Source of the DNA: an uncultured Oligoflexus sp.
GTDB taxonomy: Bacteria; Bdellovibrionota_B; Oligoflexia; Oligoflexales; Oligoflexaceae
DNA: 54,348 nt
Direction: 5' to 3'
Assembly (NCBI GenBank): GCA_964236955.1
Contig: CAXSGP010000020.1
Location: 1 to 54,348 of the forward strand
The notes beneath the pieces are model-generated. The model saw nothing but the letters and a program-made list of their open reading frames with translations, had not been told where the DNA came from and searched no databases. The position numbers were made by a program, and so were the translations under genes. Positions 1 to 9,139 of this stretch are shown piece after piece. Positions within the stretch are counted from its first letter, which is position 1, and each line of letters opens with the position of its first letter.

Positions 1-233
1 ACGAGTTTGCCTGTACTTTTCAATCACTTATCTCAAACGTCAACAGCCCCTAGCCGAAATCCCCTATTTTTTAACAAGATTGAGTAGTCACCAGGAAACT
101 GGCGAAATTATTACTTTTTGATTAAGCCCAATAAGTTCAAGGAATTTATTCCCTTAAAATTGCGAATAAAATTGATTTGATTTGTTTCTTCATCAAGCCG
201 AAGAAGAAGATAAGTCATGCTAAGAGGTTTTGG

Positions 234-980
234 ATGAAACGGCAGATAGGCACGCCAGTGCTCTACTCCATTTTTATAGTTATAATATTCGCCTCTGCAT
301 GCAAGAGGGATAGTGGCCCCAATGAGCCCAGTGCGCTTGACCCTGAGGTGGGATCAATTGTGCCGGAAGTGGACAGCGGTGATGCCAAAGTTGAGATTTC
401 GGCTGGCGGACTAAATCCTCTACCAGCGACTGGTCCGGATAGTATCACAAGTCCCGATAGTCCTGTTTTAAATCCTGTTGAAGACGCTGAAAAGGCTGAC
501 ATTGATCCCGAAGCTGTTTCGGATGTCGAGCAGTCTTTGCCAAACGGCACTTATACCGTGATGGGGGTGGGCAGCAACCGGTGCCTTCAGCAGCAGGCTC
601 CAGTCGGAAGTGATGCTCCCCAGCTGGTGCAATTTACCTGCAATGCGGGTGATGCACAGAAATTCGTAATGACCTTCGTCGATCAAAAATACTATTCCAT
701 CAAAAACCTGGCGTCCGGAAAAGCGCTTGAAGTATTAGGGCATGCGGTCAAGAAGCTTGCCCATCTCCAGCTTAGCGAATATGTCGCCCGCAGTGATCAA
801 CACTTTTTCATCCACAGGCTGGCCAGCGGGTACTTCAATCTCAAGCCGGTTGATGATCAAGGCCTTTGCGTCGATGTTTCCTTTGCAAGTAAAGCGGACA
901 ACGCCTTTATTCAGATGTGGGATCAGTGCGACCTACCCAATGAAGCCTGGATTCTTATTTTGGTGCCTGAGCCGCAATAG
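234..980 (+). CDS. Lipoprotein with acidic Pro-rich linker and C-terminal ricin-B (RICIN beta-trefoil) lectin domain
   Basis: ATG at 234 follows AAGAGG. Lipobox FASA-C; P/D/E/S-rich linker; repeated C-L-x / Q-x-F/W motifs (RCLQ..AQKF, KALE..DQHF, LCVD..NEAW). Confidence 0.8.
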   Translation: MKRQIGTPVLYSIFIVIIFASACKRDSGPNEPSALDPEVGSIVPEVDSGDAKVEISAGGLNPLPATGPDSITSPDSPVLNPVEDAEKADIDPEAVSDVEQSLPNGTYTVMGVGSNRCLQQQAPVGSDAPQLVQFTCNAGDAQKFVMTFVDQKYYSIKNLASGKALEVLGHAVKKLAHLQLSEYVARSDQHFFIHRLASGYFNLKPVDDQGLCVDVSFASKADNAFIQMWDQCDLPNEAWILILVPEPQ

Positions 981-1111
981 AAAAAGGCTGCGATCGAAGT
1001 ACTTAAGCATCCGATGCTGCATAACGAAGGCCGTCCTGTGAACCGGAGGCGCCCGGGTTTGGCAGAAACGAGCAGGATCACGGCTCAAATGAAAGCCCTC
1101 GGGCGCTTGGC

Positions 1112-1849
1112 TTATTCTGCACTTAATTCCACAACATTAAACACATAGAGACCGTTACGGTGGACTCTCCAGTGGACGTCGAGACCAAGAATGCGAAATG
1201 CAAAGCGCATGCCTTCGGTTGCTGGGTCTTGTATGGGGGAGCAGCGCCGCTGCGAGAGGGGTCGGGGATCGATCTCGAGCATCTGTTCGATTAAATTTTT
1301 AAGCCTGGGATGACCGCGCGCCGCGTGCTTTTCGATGACCGCGAGACTGGCCACTGAGAAGGCAACAGGAAAGCGCTCAATCTCGGTTTTCACCCATCCC
1401 GAGTTAGCGTCAGGTATGAGGTCCGCATAGGGAAGGTAGGGTTTGATATCAAGGACCGGAGTGCCGTCCAAAAGATCGATGCCGCTCAGATGGAGTTCTA
1501 TGCCCCCTGAGGCCTTTCGATCAATACGTTCGAGTTTCACCGCCGACATACCGATGGGATTGGGACGATGGGGCGAGCGTGTGGCAAACACACCCATTCG
1601 ATGGCCGGCCTCGACGCGTGGTGTTTCTATCATTGGATGCCAGCGGGCCCTGCCATTTTTATGAAAGACGAAAATGATCCAGACATGGCTGAATTGTTCG
1701 AGATGGCTCAAAGCCAAGGCATAGGTAGGTTCAGGATTGAGTTTTAATAGGGCGCGGGCTTCTTTCATCATCATCGATTGCCGAGGCACCCCAAATTTCT
1801 CCTGGAAGGGAGAATGGATTATGCCTATCGCTTCGTAAGTAAAGGTCAT
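1112..1849 (-). CDS. trmO: tRNA (N6-threonylcarbamoyladenosine(37)-N6)-methyltransferase TrmO/TsaA
   Basis: KFGVPRQ, GVFATRSPHRPNPIG and DGTPVLDIKPY motifs. Confidence 0.95.
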   Translation of the reverse strand: MTFTYEAIGIIHSPFQEKFGVPRQSMMMKEARALLKLNPEPTYALALSHLEQFSHVWIIFVFHKNGRARWHPMIETPRVEAGHRMGVFATRSPHRPNPIGMSAVKLERIDRKASGGIELHLSGIDLLDGTPVLDIKPYLPYADLIPDANSGWVKTEIERFPVAFSVASLAVIEKHAARGHPRLKNLIEQMLEIDPRPLSQRRCSPIQDPATEGMRFAFRILGLDVHWRVHRNGLYVFNVVELSAE

Positions 1850-2485
1850 GGTTAGCCTCGCTGCACCTGATGCGAGGCCCTGATCTACTGCATTTGCCCC
1901 GTGAAGTCCACGGGAAGAGCTAATTGCTAATTTGGCGTATAATAGCGAGCAGCGTTCTTTAGAGATCTATCTAGAATTTATGACTTATCAATAAAACTTC
2001 TTATTTTTATATAACAAGTTACCGGGGCATCATTGGGATAGCGGCAGAATGCCGATTTCCTATGGAATTCAAGGTCTATTAACGCAGGATCTATAATTTC
2101 TACTTTTCGAATTCACGGCCTATGGTTTAGAATAAGCAGCAAATTCTCATCTTCAGAGCCTTCGTCTATTCGAGGGCACCATCCCAATATTTGAGAAATA
2201 TGGCTTATTCGCGAGCAGGAGGAGTCCTGCCGCTCGATTTTAGAGAGAGTCTTTGATCTTTTTGCCCAAGTGGTATAGGATAGAGGCGCTCTTTCTGAAT
2301 GAAAGACGGGCTGATAGGATCCGGATTGACGTCGAGCATGATCAAATCTGGAATTGTTATTGATTCGTCTTAACTTAAGCTAGGCTAGCAGTCCTTAGGA
2401 CCATGATCGCTAAGTTAAATATTTGTTTAATCTATTCACTTATAGTAAGGGAACTATGTCTCAATAGGATGCTGCAAGGCTCACC

Positions 2486-2746
2486 ATGTCGCCATCTCTG
2501 CGCAAGTTATGTTGGCCAGATGCCCGTAGGGAAGCCCGATTTAAAATATTTGCCGTATCTAAAAGTGACCACAGATTCTTTTACGCTTATGATCAATCCT
2601 GCTCTGACACGGTTCCTAACGCAGTGAACCTGGGCCGATCGCTTTGTTCTCTTCCCAGTGAACAGCGGTGTAAAGAGTTTTTTACAGAATACAGAGACTT
2701 AGCTGTTCAAGTCTCGAGCCTCAAATATGAAATTGAGCAAGTTTGA
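2486..2746 (+). CDS. Small hypothetical protein (86 aa)
   Basis: Protein-like composition; ends 43 bp before the typA start on the same strand; no family recognised. Confidence 0.45.
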   Translation: MSPSLRKLCWPDARREARFKIFAVSKSDHRFFYAYDQSCSDTVPNAVNLGRSLCSLPSEQRCKEFFTEYRDLAVQVSSLKYEIEQV

Positions 2747-2789
2747 GTGTGTTTATAGGAATGGCTACACCCCAGAACCCAAGGAAATT

Positions 2790-4661
2790 ATGTCTAAGAA
2801 CCTTCGCAACATTTGCATCATCGCTCACGTTGACCACGGCAAAACGACACTCGTCGATTTTCTTCTGAAACAAGCTGGTACTTTCCAGGCTCATGAAGCC
2901 ACAGCAGACCGCATGATGGACTCAGACTCTCAAGAAAGAGAACGTGGGATTACCATTTCTGCCAAAAATGCGTCGTTCTTGCTTGGTGACGTTAAGGTCA
3001 ATGTTGTGGATACTCCCGGTCACGCCGACTTCGGCGGTGAAGTGGAACGCATCATGGACATGGTCGATGGCGCTATCCTTCTCGTTGACGCGGTGGAAGG
3101 TCCCCTGCCTCAGACTCGTTTCGTACTTCAGAAAGCGATTGATAAAAATCTCAAAATCGCTCTTTGTATCAATAAGGTTGACCGTCCTGAAGCAGTTGGC
3201 AGCACAATGGTTGCAGAATGTGTCGACAAAGCATTCGATTTGTTCGTCGAGCTGGGCGCTTCGGCTGAACAGTGCGACTTCCCTATCATCTATGCCTGCG
3301 CCCGTAAGGGCTGGTGTACGGCTGATGTCGATGCGATCCCTACCCTTCTCGAAGGCGGCGGCGAGCGCACCCTTAAGCCCTTGTTCGACGTTATCCTAGG
3401 CTTCCCTTCGCCATCAGCTGACGCGAATGCCGAAGCTCAATTGCTCGTTTCCAACATCGCCTACTCCGATTATCTCGGTAACCTCGCTCTCGGTCGGCTC
3501 GCTTCGGGCAAAGCGAAAAAGGGTCAGGAACTCGTTCGTCACGGCGTTAATGAGAGCGGTCTGCCCGTTACTCAAAAATTCCAAATCTCACGCCTTCTCT
3601 CCTATGAAGGCATGAAGCAGATCGAAGTCGATGAAATCATCGCGGGTGATATCGGTCTCATTGCGGGCTGCGAAGTTCTTGAGATCGGCGATACCCTAAG
3701 CGGTTTGAATGGTAAAGCCTTGAAGCGTATCAGCGTTGAAGAGCCAACGATGCGCATGATCTTCTCAATTAATACCACGCCCAACTCAGGACGTGACGGC
3801 AAAGCGATTCAGTCGCGCGATCTTCGGCAGCGTCTTTTGAATGAGATTCGTAGCAACGTGGCGCTTCGTCTTGAAGACACCGAACAAGCGGATCAATTTT
3901 ATCTCCTGGGCCGCGGCGAATTGCAGTTCGGTATCCTTATCGAAAAAATGCGTCGTGAAGGCTATGAGTTCATGATTGGTCGTCCCAACGTTTTGATGAA
4001 GACCGAAAATGGCAACAGGATGGAACCTTACGAGAAGATGACTCTCGATCTTCCCGAGACCTGCTCGGGTGAAGTGACGAAGATGTACCAGCAGCGTAAA
4101 GGGGTTTTGACCTCCTACGAAGCGGCATCAGCTGCCAACACCGAAGAGCAACGGGTTCGTTTGATCTTTGAGATACCAACGCGCGGAATCCTCGGTACCA
4201 ACTCCATGTTTAAGACTGCAACCCGTGGATCGGGCCTTATCAGCTCGGAATCAATTGGTTATAAGCCGCATGCCGGAACTATCTTTCACCGTCAGACAGG
4301 CAGTTTGATCGCTGACCGTACCGGTAGCACCACCGAATATGCCCTTGCTTCCGTTCAGGAACGGGGTGTGTTGTTTATCGGTGAGGGTGTTGAAGTCTAC
4401 GAAGGTATGATCATTGGTGAGTGCGCTAAAGACAACGACCTTAATGTCAACCCGGTCAAGCCTAAAAAATTGACGAACATGCGGACCACCGGTTCAGACG
4501 GTATCACGAACCTATACGGTATCAAGCAAATGAGTCTTGAGAAATGTATCGAGTGGATCGATGATGACGAGTGGATCGAAGTCACGCCAAAGTCGATTCG
4601 TTTGCGTAAAAAACAATTGGCTGCCAACCTGCGAAGTGTTCGTAAAGCCGACCGTGTCTAA
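2790..4661 (+). CDS. typA: Translational GTPase TypA/BipA
   Basis: [39 protein letters not shown] and C-terminal EVTPKSIRLRK. AAGGA RBS precedes ATG 2790. Confidence 0.97.
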   Translation: MSKNLRNICIIAHVDHGKTTLVDFLLKQAGTFQAHEATADRMMDSDSQERERGITISAKNASFLLGDVKVNVVDTPGHADFGGEVERIMDMVDGAILLVDAVEGPLPQTRFVLQKAIDKNLKIALCINKVDRPEAVGSTMVAECVDKAFDLFVELGASAEQCDFPIIYACARKGWCTADVDAIPTLLEGGGERTLKPLFDVILGFPSPSADANAEAQLLVSNIAYSDYLGNLALGRLASGKAKKGQELVRHGVNESGLPVTQKFQISRLLSYEGMKQIEVDEIIAGDIGLIAGCEVLEIGDTLSGLNGKALKRISVEEPTMRMIFSINTTPNSGRDGKAIQSRDLRQRLLNEIRSNVALRLEDTEQADQFYLLGRGELQFGILIEKMRREGYEFMIGRPNVLMKTENGNRMEPYEKMTLDLPETCSGEVTKMYQQRKGVLTSYEAASAANTEEQRVRLIFEIPTRGILGTNSMFKTATRGSGLISSESIGYKPHAGTIFHRQTGSLIADRTGSTTEYALASVQERGVLFIGEGVEVYEGMIIGECAKDNDLNVNPVKPKKLTNMRTTGSDGITNLYGIKQMSLEKCIEWIDDDEWIEVTPKSIRLRKKQLAANLRSVRKADRV

Positions 4662-4680
4662 TCACTAGATTATATGCTTT

Positions 4681-4719
4681 AAAAAAATGCTCCGATCGAA
4701 AGATTGGGGCATTTTTTTT
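4681..4719. terminator. Bidirectional rho-independent terminator
   Basis: AAAAAAATGCTCCGATC-GAAA-GATTGGGGCATTTTTTTT between convergent genes. Confidence 0.85.
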
Positions 4720-4777
4720 GGCATTGATGGCGGCCGCAGCGCCCGGATGCCCATCAGGGGCCTTGGACGCTCCTCGC

Positions 4778-6370
4778 CTATTTGCAAACCTTGGCTTCGG
4801 TATACCAAGCTCCGGTGGTGCAGGATTTGCCTTCGCCGCAATGGGAATCTTCTTCACAGTAGCACTCGCCACTGACGACACAGGCATCGTGATAAGCGAG
4901 AGATTTCGGAGTCTCGCCAGAGACGCGCAGCCAGAAATCATTCACAAAGACCTCATGGGGATCCATCCTCTTTTTAAAAGCGACAAAGTCCGCCCAGCGA
5001 GGGTAAGCGCTGGCGACGTTGTGGAAAGCGGCCACGGTATTTTTGCCCCAATGCGGCCGGCCCTGATACTTTTGGACGGTCAGCTGCTCCAGCTCCTGAT
5101 TGACGAAATAATCTTTAGGCGTGCTTTTGCCTCTATTATTAAGCGTATATTCGATGCCTATATAGGCCGAGTCGCGTCCCGCATTCATTCCTATATAGCT
5201 CGCTGAGGCTTTGCCGAATCGAAAATAAATACCGTTAAGGGGGAAATAAGCTGGGGTTTTTTTAACGATGGCCCGGGCATCGGCTATCCACTGCGGTAGA
5301 TCTTCCAAAGGAATTGCGATCTCCTGCAACTGGATAGGCAGGCGATCCCAAATACAGGAGCCGATGTTGCAGTCGAAATACTGCATACGGTGGGAATAGC
5401 CCACAGGATTTTTCACCACTTGCCCACTGTCGTCTTTATAATAAGGCGCAACGCGTGTTTCATAGCGAAGGCGAGCGGCAAGGTTCATGAGAGCATGCCC
5501 AGGTAGCACGGTCGCAGTGCTCATGAGCACGCTATAAAATTTCTCAAGGGCTTCGCTAATTTCTGCCTGGCCGTTATGGGCATCACCTGGCGTGTCGTAG
5601 GGCACTTGCTCGTAGATGGTTTGACTGTATCGATGATTGCCGGGAAACCAGGCGATGTTAGCCGAGTAGTTGTTGCGGGCGATCTCGAGTATGGAGTTTT
5701 CAAGATCACTATCGTCGGTTTTGCCGATCTGATGAGCCCTGACTTTAAAGGCGTCTTCTAGCTGAAAGGTGACTTCAACCACGACCCCTAAAACGCCAAG
5801 GTTGACGCGTGCAGCATCCAAATCCTCACCGGTCAGGATGCGCACGTCTCCCCTGCCATCGACGATCTTCATGCTGATCGCGTAATCGGCAAAGGTATTG
5901 GAGGGCTTCCATAGAGTTGATCCGTGGGTACCGCTGCCCAGCATTCCGCCGATGGTGAAAGTCCCAAGTTCCGTGACCATATTCACGGCCAGGCCAAATT
6001 GATTTATGCCCTGGTTAAATTTATCAAAACGCATCCCGGCTTGAACCGTAACCGTTTTGTTGTCACGATCGACGTTGATGAGTTTATTCATCTTGGTCAG
6101 AAGGATTTGCGTGCCGCCTTCCATGGTACAGGCCGCATCGATCTGACTTTTGAACTTGCGGTTGGCAACCTTGACTTTTTGTTTGTTGGTGTAGGCGTGG
6201 CGAACGATCGCCTGGATCTCTTCAATGGTCGAAGGCTCCACCAGGGTGGCTTTAGGGCATTGATAGGTTCCCTGGTAATTTTGCAGGGCATCGTCGCTCG
6301 ACCAGAGTTGGGCGCCCAATCCAGCAACGCCGACTAGGCCAAATGCAGAGAGAAGTAGTAATTTTTTCAC
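4778..6370 (-). CDS. Secreted FAD-linked oxidase, L-gulonolactone/D-arabinono-1,4-lactone oxidase family (plant-type)
   Basis: GTG start with signal peptide; FAD_binding_4 motifs (TIGGMLGSGTHGS, LGVLGVV); ALO-domain RPHWGKN; Cys-rich C-terminus. Confidence 0.88.
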   Translation of the reverse strand: MKKLLLLSAFGLVGVAGLGAQLWSSDDALQNYQGTYQCPKATLVEPSTIEEIQAIVRHAYTNKQKVKVANRKFKSQIDAACTMEGGTQILLTKMNKLINVDRDNKTVTVQAGMRFDKFNQGINQFGLAVNMVTELGTFTIGGMLGSGTHGSTLWKPSNTFADYAISMKIVDGRGDVRILTGEDLDAARVNLGVLGVVVEVTFQLEDAFKVRAHQIGKTDDSDLENSILEIARNNYSANIAWFPGNHRYSQTIYEQVPYDTPGDAHNGQAEISEALEKFYSVLMSTATVLPGHALMNLAARLRYETRVAPYYKDDSGQVVKNPVGYSHRMQYFDCNIGSCIWDRLPIQLQEIAIPLEDLPQWIADARAIVKKTPAYFPLNGIYFRFGKASASYIGMNAGRDSAYIGIEYTLNNRGKSTPKDYFVNQELEQLTVQKYQGRPHWGKNTVAAFHNVASAYPRWADFVAFKKRMDPHEVFVNDFWLRVSGETPKSLAYHDACVVSGECYCEEDSHCGEGKSCTTGAWYTEAKVCK

Positions 6371-6601
6371 GTCGTCACTCCCATGGAATGGTTCCTGAGG
6401 TTCTTGACCCCGGGTTTCGATTCTCTCAATCTAATTGCTTCTGATTTTTAGTTCTAAGCTGATATAAAAGATTTTGGCTGGCGTGACAAGGTGCTGATTG
6501 CTGCAGCCTTAATAAAGAAGAGCAAACCAATAGGACCTTAGGCAGGGCGATGAGGGATTGTGCTCATACCCGCTCTCTTGAACATCTTGAAAGGAAGGCT
6601 T

Positions 6602-8467
6602 ATGGATATCTCTCGACGGCAATGGCTTGAATACGCTGCGCTTGGCTCAGGGTCAACTCTGCTCAGCTCCCTTCTAAAGGCCGACGATCTGCCCTTTGAT
6701 ACGAGATTTCCAGCCTCGATTATGGTCGGAGATCTCGACGAATCATGGGGTGACCTTGAAGTCCTGTCGGGAACCTTACCGAGCGATCTTTTTGGTCACT
6801 TATTCTTGATGGAAGGCATTCCAATTGAAAAAAATCACTTTTCGGTTACTGGCAAAGGGGCCATTACACGCTTTGATTTTAAGAGCGATGGCCGTGTTGC
6901 GTTTCAGCGCAAGATGATCAAGACCCCGGAGGTGATTCTACAGGATCATCTGGACAGGGGGCTTGATCAATTTCGCCTGTTGGGTGGCGTGGTTTATTTT
7001 AGCTCCACCTTAGGTTTTATGAACTACTGTAATACAGTGGCGATTGCCTTGGGTGATAATCGCTTTTGTATGGGGTATGAAGGAGGTACTCCCTTTGAGT
7101 TTGATGCTGAGACTTTGGAAGTCGTGACCCCGATCGGCACTCCTTCCGAGTGGACGACGAGTCTGCCTGCAATCGCCGCAGGCCTGTCGCCGAAGACATG
7201 GCTTTTCCCTCAGATTCGGGGCACCGCGCATCTTTATTTTGATGAGCGGACCGATGAAACCTTTATGCACAATTTCGGCGGCAACGTCGGCGAAACGGGA
7301 AAAGGATTTTTACGGCTTATCAGATGGGACAAGCAGGGGGCGCTGCAATCCAAAGCCGTTAGGGGCCGTGACGGCAAAGCCGCATTTCTGATTGCGACTG
7401 GCCACTCGCTCGGCGTCACGCGCAATCATGTGATCATCTTCGATACTGCGGCCCGCGTTGAAGGCGGCAGGATATTCGGCCTGAGGGCGATTGATCCGCA
7501 AAAAAATCAGGTCCGCCTTTGGGTGGTGAAACGGGAGGACATGCATAAAGATCGGGATTGGATAGTAGCCGATAGCATCGTTCTTAACTTTGACGTCAGC
7601 GATGTGATGGTCGATTATGATGACTTCGATAATGTCATTACCATGTATGGCCAATATCTTTCGGCTACCGATAAATCCGAATCGATGTATGCTCAGGAAA
7701 AATTATTTTTTGGAGGCAGGGTCCGAGATGAATTGGGGGGCTATACCATAGCGCCCTTGGATGTGGGTGGTTTCGTGCGAGCTGCCGTTCAGCTGACGGC
7801 AGAGGGACTGCGTGACATTCCGGAATTGTTTCATGTGACGCGTGACAAGGCTTTGACCTGGGATATGAACGATCCGGCCTATCGGGGGCACTTTGCGTTT
7901 CCCAATCGCTTTGAGCATATCTATTGGTGTGCCGTTGGTTATCGTCCCGAGCACGTTGTGACACGAGCGGCGGTGGCTTATAAGGATTATGATAAGAAGG
8001 TCTTTTCTAACGAAACTTTACCGCGAAAGCCTATAGGATCGGCACTGCTGCATCAGGATTGTGAGACGATGACGATTGTCGACAGCTTTCAATTCCCGTC
8101 TCATATGGTGATGCGTACCCCGCAGTTCATGCAGAAAAAGGGCGACACAGGGACCGATCAAAGCCATGGCTACATCGCCTGTCTGGTGGTGGTCAATACT
8201 GCCTTTGAAAGCAATCCATCGGCGCGGGGCAAAGAGCTTTGGATCTTTGACGCTAAAAATCTGCAGCAGGGTCCACTTTGTCGCTTGCATCATCCCTCTC
8301 TCAATTTTGCTACGTCTAACCACGCAATGTGGGTGCCGACTATAGGCCGCAGACCAGCCACCGCGTATAGGGCTGACGTGCGGGCTCACTATGAGGAAAG
8401 GCTTGCGCACCATTCGAGTAAGGTCGTGGCTATCGTGAAAAAAGAAATCTATCCGCGTTTTCTCTAG
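6602..8467 (+). CDS. Tat-exported carotenoid oxygenase / RPE65-family beta-propeller dioxygenase
   Basis: SRRQWL twin-Arg signal; LEVLSGTLPSDLFGHLF; EGGTPFEFDAETLE; TAH; ELWIFDAKNLQQGPLCRL; NHAMW. Confidence 0.85.
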   Translation: MDISRRQWLEYAALGSGSTLLSSLLKADDLPFDTRFPASIMVGDLDESWGDLEVLSGTLPSDLFGHLFLMEGIPIEKNHFSVTGKGAITRFDFKSDGRVAFQRKMIKTPEVILQDHLDRGLDQFRLLGGVVYFSSTLGFMNYCNTVAIALGDNRFCMGYEGGTPFEFDAETLEVVTPIGTPSEWTTSLPAIAAGLSPKTWLFPQIRGTAHLYFDERTDETFMHNFGGNVGETGKGFLRLIRWDKQGALQSKAVRGRDGKAAFLIATGHSLGVTRNHVIIFDTAARVEGGRIFGLRAIDPQKNQVRLWVVKREDMHKDRDWIVADSIVLNFDVSDVMVDYDDFDNVITMYGQYLSATDKSESMYAQEKLFFGGRVRDELGGYTIAPLDVGGFVRAAVQLTAEGLRDIPELFHVTRDKALTWDMNDPAYRGHFAFPNRFEHIYWCAVGYRPEHVVTRAAVAYKDYDKKVFSNETLPRKPIGSALLHQDCETMTIVDSFQFPSHMVMRTPQFMQKKGDTGTDQSHGYIACLVVVNTAFESNPSARGKELWIFDAKNLQQGPLCRLHHPSLNFATSNHAMWVPTIGRRPATAYRADVRAHYEERLAHHSSKVVAIVKKEIYPRFL

Positions 8468-8570
8468 ACTCTGCTGCATTCAAAAAGCCAAGGTGAGGAA
8501 TGCACGCCTAATTTCCACGAAAGGTTCAAACAACTGACCATAACCAGTTATTGTGATTTTAGCATTCGGC

Positions 8571-8615
8571 AAACGCTCGTTTACCAAGTAGAATCGTAAA
8601 CGGGCGTTTCTTTTT
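8571..8615 (+). terminator. Rho-independent terminator
   Basis: AAACGCTCGTTTAC-loop-GTAAACGGGCGTTT followed by CTTTTT. Confidence 0.75.
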
Positions 8616-8637
8616 CTGTGAAATAAGGGTTACTTTC

Positions 8638-9047
8638 ATGACATTTAGGCCCGTCAGCTTGATTGTACAAAGCCGCTCTGGGCAGAATACCCTCATTACG
8701 CAAAGCATCGAACATCACGCCCCCATCATTAAAAAAACGGACGAAGGCTTGCTGCCGATGTTTCAGAGGCACACGTCGGCATCTCTAAGCATTTATGAAA
8801 ATTCCGACAATCCGCTAAGAACTGATCTCACTAGGGGGAAATCGATCCCATCGATTTGGAAAATCCTTCGCATGCCCTTGCTGACGATAGGCCCGCGCCG
8901 GTGAAGACCAGCCTTCTCGGATTATCGTTAGGGAGCGCCATCATCAAGGTCAGGCTAGGCCTTGGCTGCTGGCCGGGCCCTTTCCTTGGCGAGCGTCGCC
9001 ACTTGTTTCACGCCCGGGAAACCGTCGGCTCCACCTGGGGCGATTGA
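8638..9047 (+). pseudogene. yjbQ: Frameshifted, decayed YjbQ (UPF0047) gene
   Basis: One frame encodes HTSASLSIYENSD..LRTDL. An overlapping frame encodes DDRPAPVKTSLLG..RLGLGCWPGPFLGERR..WGD*. These match the N- and C-halves of YjbQ. Confidence 0.85.
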
Positions 9048-9139
9048 AGCCGGGACTCTCATAAATTGAAACCTGAAATTAATTTCAAATGCGCCGCAAC
9101 ACGAAACAACACTTGGTTCTGAAGCATTGGGAGTTTGAT

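Noticed and set aside
2393..2420. CTAAGTTAAAT as the XerD arm of a dif site
   Set aside because: No XerC arm or dyad at 6-bp spacing; it is better explained as one arm of an inverted repeat.
2403..2627. 74-aa ORF
   Set aside because: It overlaps the more protein-like 2486-2746 ORF and a hairpin region; no supporting features.
9048..9139. Glycine riboswitch upstream of sdaA
   Set aside because: No GGAGA..CCGAAG..CTCTCAGG motifs.
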